64,000 nucleotides of DNA from Octopus sinensis (lineage: Eukaryota), in NCBI RefSeq assembly GCF_006345805.1, contig NC_043011.1:31446464-31510463 (forward strand), written 5' to 3'. Made by a program: the position numbers and the translations under genes. Below, piece after piece: positions 25,797 to 38,001 of the stretch (within the stretch, counting starts at the first letter, position 1; each line of letters begins with the position of its first letter). A model generated the notes under the pieces. That model made no database searches. It saw only the letters and a list, made by a program, of their open reading frames with translations, and was not told where the DNA came from.

Positions 25797-26455
25797 GAGG
25801 TGGTGAGCTGGCAGAATCGTTAGCACGCCGGGCGAAATGCTTAGCGGTATTTCGTCTGCCGTTACGTTGTGAGTTCAAATTCCGCCGAGGTCGACTTTAC
25901 CTTTCATCCTTTCGGGGTCGATAAATTAAGTACCAGTTACGCACTGGGGTCGATGTAATCGACTTAATACCTATGTCTGTCCTTGTTTGTCCCCTCTGTG
26001 TTTAGCCCCTTGTGGGTAATAAAGAAATAGGTATTTCGTCTGTCGTTACGTTCTGAGTTCAAATTCCGCCGAGGTCGACTTTGCTTTTCATCCTGGGGTC
26101 GATGTAATCGACTTAATCCGTTTGTCTGTCCTTGTTTGTCCTCTCTGTGTTTAGCCTCTGTTGGGTAGTAAGGAAATAGGTATTTCGTCTGCCGCTACGT
26201 TCTGAGTTCAAATTCCGCCGAGGTCGACTTTGCCTTTCATCCTTTCGGGGTCGATTAAATAAGTACCAGTTACGCACTGGGGTCGATATAATCGACTTAA
26301 TCCGTTTGTCTGTCCTTGTTTGTCTCCTCTATGCTTAGCCCCTTGTGGGTAATAAAGAAATAGGTATTTCCCCCGCCGCTACGATCTGATTTGAAATTCC
26401 GCCGTGGTCAACGTTACCTTTCATCCTTTCGGGGTCGATAAAATAAGTACCAGTT
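25797..26455 (+). mobile_element. SINE family B head-to-tail tetramer (last unit truncated)
   Basis: Full head ggtgagctggcagaatcgttagc; later units restart at ggtatttc after aaagaaata; B box gagttcaaattcc in the first three units, variant gatttgaaattcc in the fourth. Confidence 0.9.
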
Positions 26456-27102
26456 GACAAAACTCAAACATATTCTTCAGGCGCAAACCACATATAACGA
26501 ACTAAAGAAAATTAATAATAGAAGAAACGCGAAAAACTGAGAAGGCAGCATTTAGAAAAAGCAGACAATAAACAACGGAAAGCAAAAAATGGAAAACGGA
26601 AAAAGAAAAACAGAAATTACAATGTAAAAAATAAAAAGTTAAAAGGTAAAAGAGCTATCCTCTTTAGACCTTAAAAGATAAGGCTGGAAAGATATCAAAT
26701 CAGTCGGGAAAAGACGGAATTTTCCAATTTTTCAAAACGTCTGAATAATTCTGACCTGGAATTCAATAGAGAGTTGGGGATCTTAGATCTGAACAGGATC
26801 TGCGATCTTTCAGCCAAAGTCTACATTTATTCGATCCATTCACATAAGGTATGGATTTCTCACTTATTTTCCATTTAATCACATGCAGTGTTTCTTTATC
26901 TTTCAAAGTTCATACGTAGCTAGTCAACTTAGTAGCTTTACTTTTGTCCCTTTGTCGGAAGGAGGTTATGTGGCTGGAAAGATATCAAGTCAGTCAGGAA
27001 TTGACAGAATTTTCCAATTCTTCAAAATATATTTATATATATGCAGGCAACCACTAAAAATTTCTGACCTGGAACTCAATAGAGAGATCGTCGATTTTTG
27101 TG

Positions 27103-27910
27103 ATGGCTGAAACGAAAGAAGAGCGTGCTTCCGTCAAATGCTGTTTTCTGCCGGGCAAAATGGCGGCCGAAAGAGTTGCCATACCTCAAACAACTTAGAA
27201 GGACACTGCAATGAGCAAAATACAAATTTACGGGTGGTTTTCACGCTTTAGGAATGGTCACTTGTCGCTTTGAAACCAATCTCGTTCAGGACGACCGTCG
27301 ACTTCCCGAACAAATGAAAACATCACGAAAATTCATGAACTGATGTTGGAGAACCGTTACCGAACAATTGACGAAGTTGTTGATATGACTGCCAACGAAT
27401 TTTGAACGAGGAACTGCAAATGAAAAGAGTTGTAGCAAAATTTGTGCTTCGCTTGCTCATGGAAGATCAAAGGCAGTCATGACTGAATGCGTGTCGTGAA
27501 CTGAAAAAACAGTCGGAAGTTGATCCGGATCTTTTTTCGAAAGTCACAACTGGTGACGAAAGCTGGTGCTACGGCTACGACCAGAAAACGAAGCAGCAAT
27601 CAAGTCACTGGAAGCATTCAACGTCACCATGCCCACCAAAAGCGTGTGAAGTGAAGTCTAGTGTCAAGACAGCGCTGATTTATTTCATCGATACAGAAAG
27701 GAATTGTCCTCACAGAATTTGTTCCTCTTGATCAAATTGTTAACCAGACATTGTACATGGCAGTTCTGAAGCATTTGTAAGACGTGGTGAGACGAAAACG
27801 CCCTGACCAGTGGCAAAATGGAGAGTGGTGGTTTCACCATAACTATGTTCCTTCGCACACTGCCTTGAGTGTGGGACAGTTTTTGACCAAAAATGGCATG
27901 ACCCCGCTTG
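27103..27910 (+). pseudogene. mariner (irritans-like) transposase relic
   Basis: MAETKEERASVKCCF, SRSGRPSTS, VTTGDESWCYGYD, VVRRKRPDQW, WFHHNYVPSHTAL; truncated before YSPDL. Confidence 0.85.
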
Positions 27911-27961
27911 GCCTTTCTTTCTTGGTTCGGCCGCTGTCCGTGCAACATCTATATTCTTCCC

Positions 27962-28345
27962 TGTGCCTGTGAAATCTTGTATCCCTGCCGTAAGGCTTTA
28001 CTTCCACACACGCCAGCTTAATTTAATTCGTCCTTAGTCGAAAGACACCTGTTGTTATGTCCTGTTATTTTTGTGAAACCTTCTCCGTTTTCTTCCGTCC
28101 TTGTTTTCGTATACATTCACTGCTATCTTCCAAGGAAGGAATCTAATGCTCTTAGCTTAGATTTTCCTTGGGGCTGGCCAGATTGGAGCAATCTCGAGTA
28201 TAACCAGCCGAAATTGCAAAGATAATCTGAAACTCGACTGAGGAAAGAAAACTCCGAATGACCCGTCCTTGTTTTCTTTGTATCGTCTGTCTGGATGTTC
28301 GTTGTCACTTTCTTCTATAACCTAACTGTCTGGATGTTTGCGTTC
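27962..28345 (+). mobile_element. PLE-like terminal repeat
   Basis: 27962-28135 recurs inverted at 35285-35468; degenerate ctgagga...cgaa motif near 28230-28260. Confidence 0.45.
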
Positions 28346-28360
28346 TTCTCCCATTTTGTA

Positions 28361-28428
<68 letters not shown>

Positions 28429-28698
28429 ACGTATGTAGGTATGTGTGTCTTTGTGCTATGTCTGTGTCTCTACCACCGCCTGACAACTGGTATTGGTGTG
28501 TTTATGTTGTCGTAGTTTATCGGTTCGGCAAAAGAGAATAACTACTATCCTTAAAAGAAAAAAAAAATGGAAAAGAACCATAAGTACAGGGGTTGCTTTG
28601 TTCGACTAAAGCCTTCAAGGCAGTGCTCCAGCATGACCGCAGTCTTATGAATGAAACACGTAAAAGATATAGGATATAAAAAAGATAGTTACTCCATG

Positions 28699-28761
28699 AT
28701 ACCTGCTTTTCTAGTACACGCGGAGGGTAAAGATTGTGGCTTAAAGATAAGAGAGGTGAGG

Positions 28762-28764
<3 letters not shown>
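28699..28764 (+). mobile_element. 66-bp (CA)n-associated mini-element
   Basis: 66/66 identical to the reverse complement of 55126-55191; both run into (CA)n. Confidence 0.75.
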
Positions 28765-28815
<51 letters not shown>

Positions 28816-30039
28816 GACGAACGGATGTACAAAAGATAAACCAGAATTATACCAATAAAAGATTTTAATTTCACACGTGGTTTTGGCAGAGTTGCTGGAG
28901 CATTAGACAAAATACCTTGGCGTATTTAGCTACTGTTTTTCATATTCCGAGTTCAAATCCCACCGAAGTCAAATATGCCTTTTAAACTTGCGGGGTCGAT
29001 AAGAAAGATGTACCAGCTAAATACTTGGAGTTCGTGACTGTGTGGTAAGAAGCTTGCATCCCAACTAGTATGGTTCCGGTTCAATATTATTTTAGGGGTC
29101 TATGAAAAAAATTTGCTTTAGATGTACGTCCCTGTAACTTAGCGTTTCGGCAAAAGAGACCGATAGAATAAGAACTAGGCTGCCAAAGATTAAGTCCTGG
29201 GTCGATTTGTTCGACTAAAAGCGGTGCTCCAGCATGGCCGCAGTTAAATGACTGAAACACGGAAAGAGTAAAGACTATTGCAAGAAACAGTTCAAACTAC
29301 ACGGACTAATGTGCGAAAAGTAAAATAGGAATTTCGAAAGAAGTGTCTACAAAATACGTTTAAAGACATCGAATGGCTATGGGGCTCCACCAAAATAAAA
29401 TCGTAGCCGAAGGGATCCATAGGTAAAAAAAATGGTTGGGAACCATTGACATAATTGACAAAATCTTTTGTCGTCACCACTTATATTGGACAGATTTTAA
29501 AAAGTGAGCATCATATTAAATGTGTTAAACATGGCATTTTGCTGACCAGCCCTTTTTCAATTCTCTTAGTACTACCAGTCCCTCAGAGGGACTAGTCCCT
29601 TGTCCATGAGAAGCATTGCTTTTTATTTAACCTGGATGTGAACAGAACTATAATAGAAATTATAAAAAAGTAGGGCCAATATAACACTTGTGTATTATTA
29701 ACCCATAAAGCGCTGGGATTTGCACTTACATAGCATGGACTGCTGAGCACATTTTATGAAAATGGGACTACCATGCACACATAAAAAACAAAAAAAAAAT
29801 AGTTAAAATATATTCTTAGTATATAATGGTGGTAAGTTTTACATAATCTGAAAAATCATTAGTTGAACTATTAGTCCTCTTGTATTCTGGGGTGCATTGG
29901 AGCGTTTGAATGACATTAGACCCCGACAAACGTCCATAAGTTAAAAGCATCTATCTGGGCCACGATCGTGGCCTGTCGACCTGTGCCTGAAGGCCAATAC
30001 CGTGGTCCGTCGCGCTTCATGTGTTAAGAAATCATTGTA

Positions 30040-30324
30040 TTGGGTTGTCCGGAAAGTTCGTGCCGATTTATAGTAGCTTACCTTTCGACTTATTTTAGAA
30101 CATGGTTGAGTCCATAAAATAGGATTTGACTACACCTCCATTTAGAGCACAGTTTAAGCTATCTTTTCATGGAAGAAGGTTTATATTCCTATAACCTATG
30201 TTAATTCTGTAACCCTTTAAAATGGAAGATAAGAAAGTTCATTTTCGGCACTTGATGCTTTTCTTTTTCCGTAAAGGGAAAAATACCTCACAAGCAACCA
30301 AAGAAATATGCGCAGTTTACGGTG
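30040..30324 (+). mobile_element. mariner 5' fragment
   Basis: TA+TIR ttgggttgtccggaaagttcgtg; MEDKKVHFRHLMLFFFRKGKN from 30222. Confidence 0.88.
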
Positions 30325-31349
30325 TCTAAACGATTCTGTTTTCCTTCTTCAGTAAATCATTTTTTAGTAACTATTTCATCACTATTTCGAGTGATAATAC
30401 TGAAATATGTCCAGAGTTGTCTCTTGAACTAACTGAGAAAATAAATACAAGGTTAGTTATTTACAAATATTGTTTCACTTTTGCTTTATTGTTTTCCCTT
30501 TACCGCCTAATTTATATGAAATTAACTTCCTAAATATATTTTGACCTTTTCGCCATTAACGCAGAGATGCTGTTCAATGATAACTGGGAAATCGGTTATG
30601 CTACTTTCTTACTGGGAAGTCAATAGAATAAAGACAAGGACGTTCGGAGGGCAAGTGAGAGGCAATATATACCAAGAAAAAGAGGCTATTGTTTCTCTAA
30701 CAAGCAACCTTTCTTAGTTCTGAACGTCTTAAAAACAACTCATAAGCCCATCAAGCCAGATAAATATCTATGAAGTGTTTTGTTTTTCTTAGTTTGTTGA
30801 AGCAGCATTTCTTCCATTGTTATCTGTTTACAAATTTTTAGAAGTGGATTATGTCAATGCATTTTATCTTGTAACCCTTTCACGGCAATATCCTATAATA
30901 ATTCTGCTTGTCATTGCGTTACTTAGCCTGTCGGTAACGCTTTCAAGTTATTAGAGAAAAAGAGGGAGAAAGAAAAGAAGGAGCTAGAAAAAGTGGAAGG
31001 GGGAAAAAGATGGAGAGAGAAGCGTCCATGACATAAGGTAGAGGGAATGTGATTGTAACGCCTTCTCGCGATTAGTTGAAGAGAAAGAGATGAGAAAGAA
31101 AGAGGAGAGAGAAAAAAGGATAAGGTGAAGAGTGAGACAGAAAGAGGGAGAAAGAAAAAGGCGGACAGAAGAGCGTCCATGATGTGAGGTAGAGGGAATG
31201 TAATATCTATTATGTGGTCGAAAAAGTTGGTTGAAGGTAGAGGAGGAAAGTTAAAAATATAATTTTAGCAGAGGTGTGATGTTCTGATGGTGAGGTTAAA
31301 GGAAAGCAGAGGGAGGGGGAGAGAGGGGGAGAGAGAGGGAGAGAGAGAG

Positions 31350-31384
<35 letters not shown>

Positions 31385-31432
31385 TGATGCTGGTGGTGAT
31401 GATGGAGGGGTCGGTGGTGGAGTTGGTACAAT

Positions 31433-31766
31433 TCCGTGAAATATTCACGCTTATTTAAGTGGCAGGTGCATGCAATTTACTTTTTTAATGGAGGAAATGG
31501 AAAAATAGGAGTGAATATTTATCGTATGAGTGCTGTGTATTCCGTCTATAAAATTGTGCATAAAGTATATAAAGCGTATATATAAAGTGCATTAAGTAAT
31601 CATCGTATTCCATTTTCTTTCACTTTTCAGTTGAGTACTAGATGAGCGACAAACTTTTTATACAGACACAGCATAGGCTACGCTTTCAGGTTTTGGGGAT
31701 AAAGTTTTCAGAAATAATCCAATTGGTTTACTATTAATTCCACGAAATATTCACGGGTACCGCTAG
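31433..31766 (+). mobile_element. Helitron-like 3' end
   Basis: Hairpin cc(a)cgaaatattcacggg followed by taccg-CTAG|T; a second copy of the hairpin at 31433-31449. Confidence 0.45.
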
Positions 31767-31781
31767 TTTCTTAATAAAATG

Positions 31782-31932
31782 CGTAGTATGATAAGAAGCT
31801 TGCTTCCCAACCACATGCTTCCGGGTTCAGTCCCACTGCATGGCACCTTGGGCAAGTGTCTCCTCCTATAAGCTCGGACCGACCAAAGCCTTGAGAGCGG
31901 ATTTGGTAGACGGAGACTGAAAGTAGCTCGCC

Positions 31933-31963
<31 letters not shown>
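31782..31963 (+). mobile_element. SINE family A 5' half
   Basis: Ends in the internal (TA)n into which the mariner inserted. Confidence 0.8.
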
Positions 31964-31967
<4 letters not shown>

Positions 31968-33250
31968 GTCATCCCATAAGTTCTGTCCGATTTTACCTTT
32001 TTTTTAAATTGAATGAAATTTTAATAGTATTTTAGAATGTCTAATGGAATTAAAAATTATTTTTATACATTTGTGTACATTTAAACTAATTAAATATTAT
32101 TTTACAGAATAATAGAATTAAAATTTCTTTGATTAAAACCCTTTCTAACATGGAAGTATCCAAAGAGCATTTGAGGCACATAATGCTTTATGAGTACAGA
32201 AAAGGAAACTCTGTAACCGAAGCGACTCGAAACATACACTCAGTTTATGGGAAAGAATGCTTGAATGAAAGAACTTGCAGAAGATGGTTTACAAAATTCA
32301 GAAGTGGAGATTTCAGCCTTGAAGATGGAGATCGAACAGGACGTCCAGTTGAGTTTGATGATAAGCTCCCTGAGGCATTACTTGAAGAAAATCCTGCATT
32401 ATCAGTTGAAGAATTGGTAATAAAGCTTAGTTCAAACCATACAACTGTTCATCATCATCTTCAACAGCTTGGAAAGGTTCATAAACTTGGAAAATGGGTG
32501 CCTCATGAATGGTCCGAAAGCAACCGCAAATCCCGAGTTGACATCTGCTCTTCTCTCCATTTTTGCGAACCCATTTCACCCTTTTTGGATAGACTTGTGA
32601 TTGGTGACGAAAAATGGATCTTCTATCGAAATGTTAAACGTCGTAAACAGTGGCTTGGTAAAAGGGAAAGAGCTCAACCACAACCGAGAAGGGAACTTCA
32701 TGGGGAAAAGGTTCTTCTCTCTATCTGGTGGGATTGCAAAGGAGTAATTCACTTTGAATTGTTACCACATAATGCAACAATCAATGCTCAAGTCTACTGT
32801 CAGCAATTAGAGCGTTTGAACCAAGCTTTGAAGAAAAAAAGACCCGCTTTAGTGAATCGAAAAGGAGTGATGTTTCATCAGGACACTGCGCGACCCCGCA
32901 CTGCAAAGATCACATCACAGAAGATCGAAGAGCTTGGCTGGGAAAAAAATCCTCATCCACCTTATTCTCCCGACCGTGCTCCTTCAGACTTCCATTTATT
33001 TCGTAGTTTACAGAATCATTTGGGGGACATAACTTTCGCAAGCCAGGAGGAGGTCGAAACAGACCTTTCAGAGTTCTTCGCTTTGAAACCAAAAGAGTTT
33101 TACATTTATGGGATTAAAAAGTTTGTAAATAGATGGAAGAAAGTCATAGATAATCGGAGAAACATTTAGGATTAAATTTCAATTAAATATAACATTTGAT
33201 CAGTTGTTTTATTTATTCAAAATTCGAACAGAACCTATGGGAGGATCTCA
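31964..33250 (+). mobile_element. full-length mariner DNA transposon
   Basis: TIR tcaggtcatcccataagttctgtccgatttt and degenerate partner 33219-33249; about 1.29 kb. Confidence 0.92.
32150..33169 (+). CDS. mariner DD34D transposase, 339 aa, stop-free but with substitutions in conserved motifs
   Basis: WVPHEW, VIGDEKW, HQDTARP, YSPDRAPSDFHLF; 34 residues counted between the second and third Asp. Confidence 0.92.
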   Translation: MEVSKEHLRHIMLYEYRKGNSVTEATRNIHSVYGKECLNERTCRRWFTKFRSGDFSLEDGDRTGRPVEFDDKLPEALLEENPALSVEELVIKLSSNHTTVHHHLQQLGKVHKLGKWVPHEWSESNRKSRVDICSSLHFCEPISPFLDRLVIGDEKWIFYRNVKRRKQWLGKRERAQPQPRRELHGEKVLLSIWWDCKGVIHFELLPHNATINAQVYCQQLERLNQALKKKRPALVNRKGVMFHQDTARPRTAKITSQKIEELGWEKNPHPPYSPDRAPSDFHLFRSLQNHLGDITFASQEEVETDLSEFFALKPKEFYIYGIKKFVNRWKKVIDNRRNI

Positions 33251-33262
33251 CACACACACACA

Positions 33263-33321
<59 letters not shown>

Positions 33322-34694
33322 CATATATATATATCTGTATGTGTGTGTGTGTGTGTGTAGTGGATCTTGCAGACATGAAGTGGATTTGATCCTAGATAGC
33401 CAAATTTAAATTAACACTTCTACAGCACTTTTCTCACAGTAAAACAATATAGTTTTTCTGTGACAGCAGTTTACATTTACCAGATGCCTTAGCTAAGCAA
33501 AATGATGTCTTCGCCACTTGACCCTTCTACCCTCTTATAAGCCACCAAAAGCTTGAATTAAGATAACAAGTACCACCAACGAAATCCATTGTTCTCAACG
33601 CTATGTCTATCATTCTGGATAGTTATAAAAACAAGAACCCCCAAGCAAAAGTCAGTTAGTTAGTTAGTGAGAACGGAGTCTGAACAAAACGCCGTCGCAA
33701 AAGAAAAGGGCACAATGAACAACTATGATAACTCACCAAGGAAGCAGTTGTTTCGTACCACATTCTCTTACTCTCACTAGCTCACTTTATTTTCTCTTAC
33801 AACCATTACTCTATTTCTATCTGTAATTACTACTACACAATGACGAGAACACAAACACACACTATATAAGGAAAATCTACGACATCTAACTTTACTTCGC
33901 ATGCTTTACGATTTAATCACCAGCCCGTCGTATTTTACAATGTAGCGATAAAATAAATATCCACCGTTACAAATTGGTGACTCCGTTTAAAATGAATTGC
34001 TGCCTTCTGAAGGTACATTAGCTGCTATCTTTTCCTCACTACCTCAGCGTAAAAAAGAACTACAGTCTTCATATCAATAGTCGCTTGACCAAAGGAAAAT
34101 TAATGACAACCTTCATCTCCACCAAGATGCACCTTCCTTCGACCTGCTACAAAAAGCTCTATACTGCGATCCACACTACGATGCACTTCTCAACAATGCA
34201 ACATTGCCGACGCACAAGGAATTTGCTGACCATGGAAGCCAACAAATGCATCATTTCGACAGCTTCGTGCCCAGAAACTAACTGGAAGAAAATATGGGAG
34301 CCCACACGTGTAACGTTTTCGACAGCCACAGTCTTAAACTGACTTTGCATGCACCAATTTTTGCATTTCAAATGCTACGTTTTAACTTTTTAGGACCAGA
34401 ACACTTTCTAACCAAGTTTGTCATTTTAGCTTATCTAATTTTGTTATGTTTGCATTGCACACGCATTGTTCACCAGTTTTTATTACATGGTTTCTGCTAA
34501 ATGTTCTTTTGAATGTCTGCAATTTCTTTCTTCGTATGCTGACCCCTGCTCTGTATTTTGTTTGTAAAACAAAACAAAATATTTTCTCAACGTTCACACA
34601 CAAAGCTGCATGACTGCACCCACTCACACACATGCACCAAAGCATAATGCCTTTAGAGATGTTCTCATGTCTGTGCCCTCACCGTGTACGTCGG

Positions 34695-35000
34695 ATGTCA
34701 ACTCATGCTCTCTGCGCTCTTGTCAGACACAACTTGTCTCTCTTCGACCCCAGTTTGGTCGCGAAATTAATAGAGAAAATTATCTGTCTCGCGAATCACT
34801 CCAGTATGCTACACTGTCGTTCTTGCTAACTTAGCAAATGCCCACAACAACAACGCCAGACATAATTCACATCTGCGCTTTTTTCAAGGCATTTTCACAC
34901 AAAATGCAGTCCTAAAAGAAAACTTTTGCTGATATCATGGATAGAGAATGCACACACTCACTCGCCTCAGCTTATTCCACAGTTGCAGGACTTTCTCTCG
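34695..35000 (+). pseudogene. possible PLE ORF N-terminal relic
   Basis: MSTHALCALVRHNLSLFDPSLVAKLIEKIICLANH resembles PLE N-termini as I recall them; lies near the inverted terminal repeat 35285-35468. Confidence 0.3.
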
Positions 35001-36109
35001 CACTCATATATATGCCCTTGCACGCTCACTCACTGCCTCAGTCACGCAACAACTGGCACATCCTGTACTCATGCGCACACTCGTACATTCTGCTTCAGTC
35101 ACACACCGACCGGCATATTTTGCATTCTGCGCAAGCAAAGCGACACCGCTAGTCGGACGCACACAAATAGATACTTGTCACTTATACCTTCTCAAGATTC
35201 TCTGTCCTGATACGCACAAATTTTCTCAGCCTTGCATCGCATTCACCACCAACAAAATACTTTTCACAACTGACCGTTATTTCATTGGAAGAAAGCAGTG
35301 AGTATACAAAAACAAGGACGGAAAAAAAAACGGACAATGTTACACAAATGCCATAAAAATAATAACAGGACATAAGAACAGGCGTCTTTCGACTAAGGAC
35401 GAATTAAATTAAGTTGGCGTGCGTGGAGATGAAGCCTTACAGCAGGGATACAAGATTTCACAAACACAGATATATATATATATATATCGCAAAATATATA
35501 GATATTTGCGTATGTACGGATGTATGTATGTACATAGTGGAAGCGTGTTTTATCAGTCTACACTATATTGATCTATAAATAGCAACTTCCCACCAAATCC
35601 ACTGACAATATAGAAATATTTCTCATGCCCCCAGCAGAGAAAATGAAAAAGACGTTACCTCGGAGGATGGTGAGGGAGATGCGTTTAAAAAAAATACACC
35701 GTCCATATACTTATTTTTCAATTGTATTTATGAAATAAGAAAGAAAAAATAATCTATCAATCATATTTTTTGAACTAATAAAGAATTGGAAAAATTTTAG
35801 TAAAATCACTGAGTTTTTCACAATTAAGCTGTTATTTGGGTTGTATTATAGAATTGTTAGAGCATCGGACACAGTTGCGATTCCTATTTTATTTTTGTTG
35901 TTCTGGGTTCTAACCCGTCAAAGGCCAGCTTTGCCTTTTCATCGCTAAAGGGTTGAGTAAATAAAGCATCATTCAAGTACAGGAGCCGATTGGATAGGTT
36001 AATCTTCGAATAATTTTTTTCTTTTTGATTTGTTGCCCATTTTAGAGACTAATATTGAAGCTGATATTTCGAACAAAACTTTCTTACCACGAGATTCTTA
36101 AATAAAGCC

Positions 36110-36298
36110 TTGTTTCTTTTGCTAGTTTCAGTCATTGGAGTGTGGCCATGATGGAGTACTGCCTTGAAGTGGAACAAATCGACCTCAGTACTTAATTTTA
36201 AAGTCTTTTTTTTTTATTCTGTTGGTGTCTTTTGCTGAACCGCCATGCTCTCGGGACATAAAGCAAAACCATTTTCCAAGCGGTGAGTGAGGGACAAG

Positions 36299-36354
<56 letters not shown>

Positions 36355-36515
36355 AAACAGGCTTCTTTGAGTTTCTGTCTACCTAATCCATTCGCAAGGC
36401 TCTGGTCGGCTTGGGGCTAGAGTGAAAGACTCTTGCCCAAGGAGTCAAGCAGTGTAACGGAACCCACGATTATTTGGTTGGGAAGTAAGGTTCTTAATCA
36501 TGTACCCACGCCTTT
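36110..36515 (-). mobile_element. old SINE family A copy
   Basis: Diverged but collinear. Confidence 0.75.
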
Positions 36516-37774
36516 GATGATTTTAATGACTATTTAAAAAAACTATTTAAAAAAAAACATTAAAAAATAGATAGTTTTCTATCATATTATGGGAAGCGGT
36601 ATCAGGCGAGATTGTCATTTCCCTCAAGACTCATCTTCAAAAAATTACATATTCATTAATATCATGCACCTTTTAAACCATACTGAAATGATATTTTTAC
36701 TCTTGTAGACTATGCAGTCTTCTTAAATTCTATTGCTTAACTTTCTCTTATCCACCCTATGTATATATCTTGAGGTAAGTTGCTTTAGTATGCGACGTGC
36801 CCTGTTTCGCAGAATTTAGCAAAATCGTAATCCCCAATGTAGACATTATAGAGCCATCTTAGCAACATTATAGGCTCCTGAGTAAATCAATGCTCTGGTC
36901 CTATAGTATTTATTTATTAGCAGCAAACCACATCATTAGTGGGTCCCCAGATCATAAATGGGTCCCTAGATCAGAAGTGGGTCCCCAGGCCCGTCTGACC
37001 TCCGAGTAGACCAATGCACTGGCCCCTCAAGTATTTATTTATTGGCAGCAAACCACAGCTTACATAGATTAGAATTGGAATCCTCAAACTATGAGGCCCC
37101 CGGGCAACTGCCCAGTGTGCCCATGCCTTAAGACACTGCAATGTCTACGTTGGTGATTGCGATAAAAAAAAAAAATGTCAGAATAATTGTAGAAATATCC
37201 AAAATGAAATACCCTACTGAGTTACAAAATAATATTGTGGCCTAATTTTTAAAAAAATGACAGCCTAACAATGAACGACTTTCAACAGAACGCACTGGAC
37301 ACGGCTGAAATTTAACAAGTAACAAATAAATAAACTGAACGAAAGCGTAAAATCAGTAAAATATTGGGCTTTATGAGAAATTCGTTGCTTTTTTTCAATT
37401 ACTTTAATTAAAATTTATTAAAATATTTTCTTTCTTTCTTTATTTTGTAGCGCTGCTTTTCCCCTACAACTCTTGTTTATCGTGTTTGAAATTTGGATAA
37501 ATTGTACCCGTTTTTACACAAATGACAATGAAATGTTTAAGGATTACACAAGCTCTATACGAAATTCAAGAGTTGGTGGACGTAGTTCTGTTTATCTCCA
37601 GTTAAGTTCACCAATCCACTACTCTTTTTTTTGGCTCCTCCCATAATCTAATGTGCTTATGTTGATTTTTAATAAGCGAAATAATACGTAAGCACGCACC
37701 GGATTAGGATAGGATCTAACAAAAGATAAAAAAAAAAAATAAAAGGTGGGGAGAGAAATTGAAAAAAGAAGACG

Positions 37775-37860
37775 GTTTGAATGGCGGACGAAAATAGTGT
37801 TAGTAAATATTACAATTTCCCCCAAAAAAGGCCGCCATCCAACCTTTTGGCGCGAAAATA
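37775..37860. promoter_or_regulatory. candidate E2F/CHR/YY1-type promoter cluster
   Basis: TTTTGGCGCGAAAA (37845-37858), TTTGAA adjacent to ATGGCGG (37776-37787), GGCCGCCAT (37830-37838), in unique DNA. Confidence 0.35.
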
Positions 37861-37910
37861 AATGAGTGCTCTAAAATTTTTCCTTTGTTTGACTGTTCAC
37901 TTTTTGCCCC

Positions 37911-38001
<91 letters not shown>

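Noticed and set aside
25797-26455. Regularly spaced repeats that could suggest a CRISPR array
   Set aside because: Units are SINE monomers of 150-230 bp without unique spacers; eukaryotic context; no cas genes.
35007-35043. TATATA about 31 bp upstream of a TCAGTC Inr-like motif
   Set aside because: Spacing is canonical, but it lies in probable retroelement-derived sequence and such motifs arise often in AT-rich DNA.
36880-37140. Short internal tandem repeats and a gggcaactgcccagtgtgcccatg end suggesting a DNA transposon
   Set aside because: Only one plausible terminus found; family not supportable.
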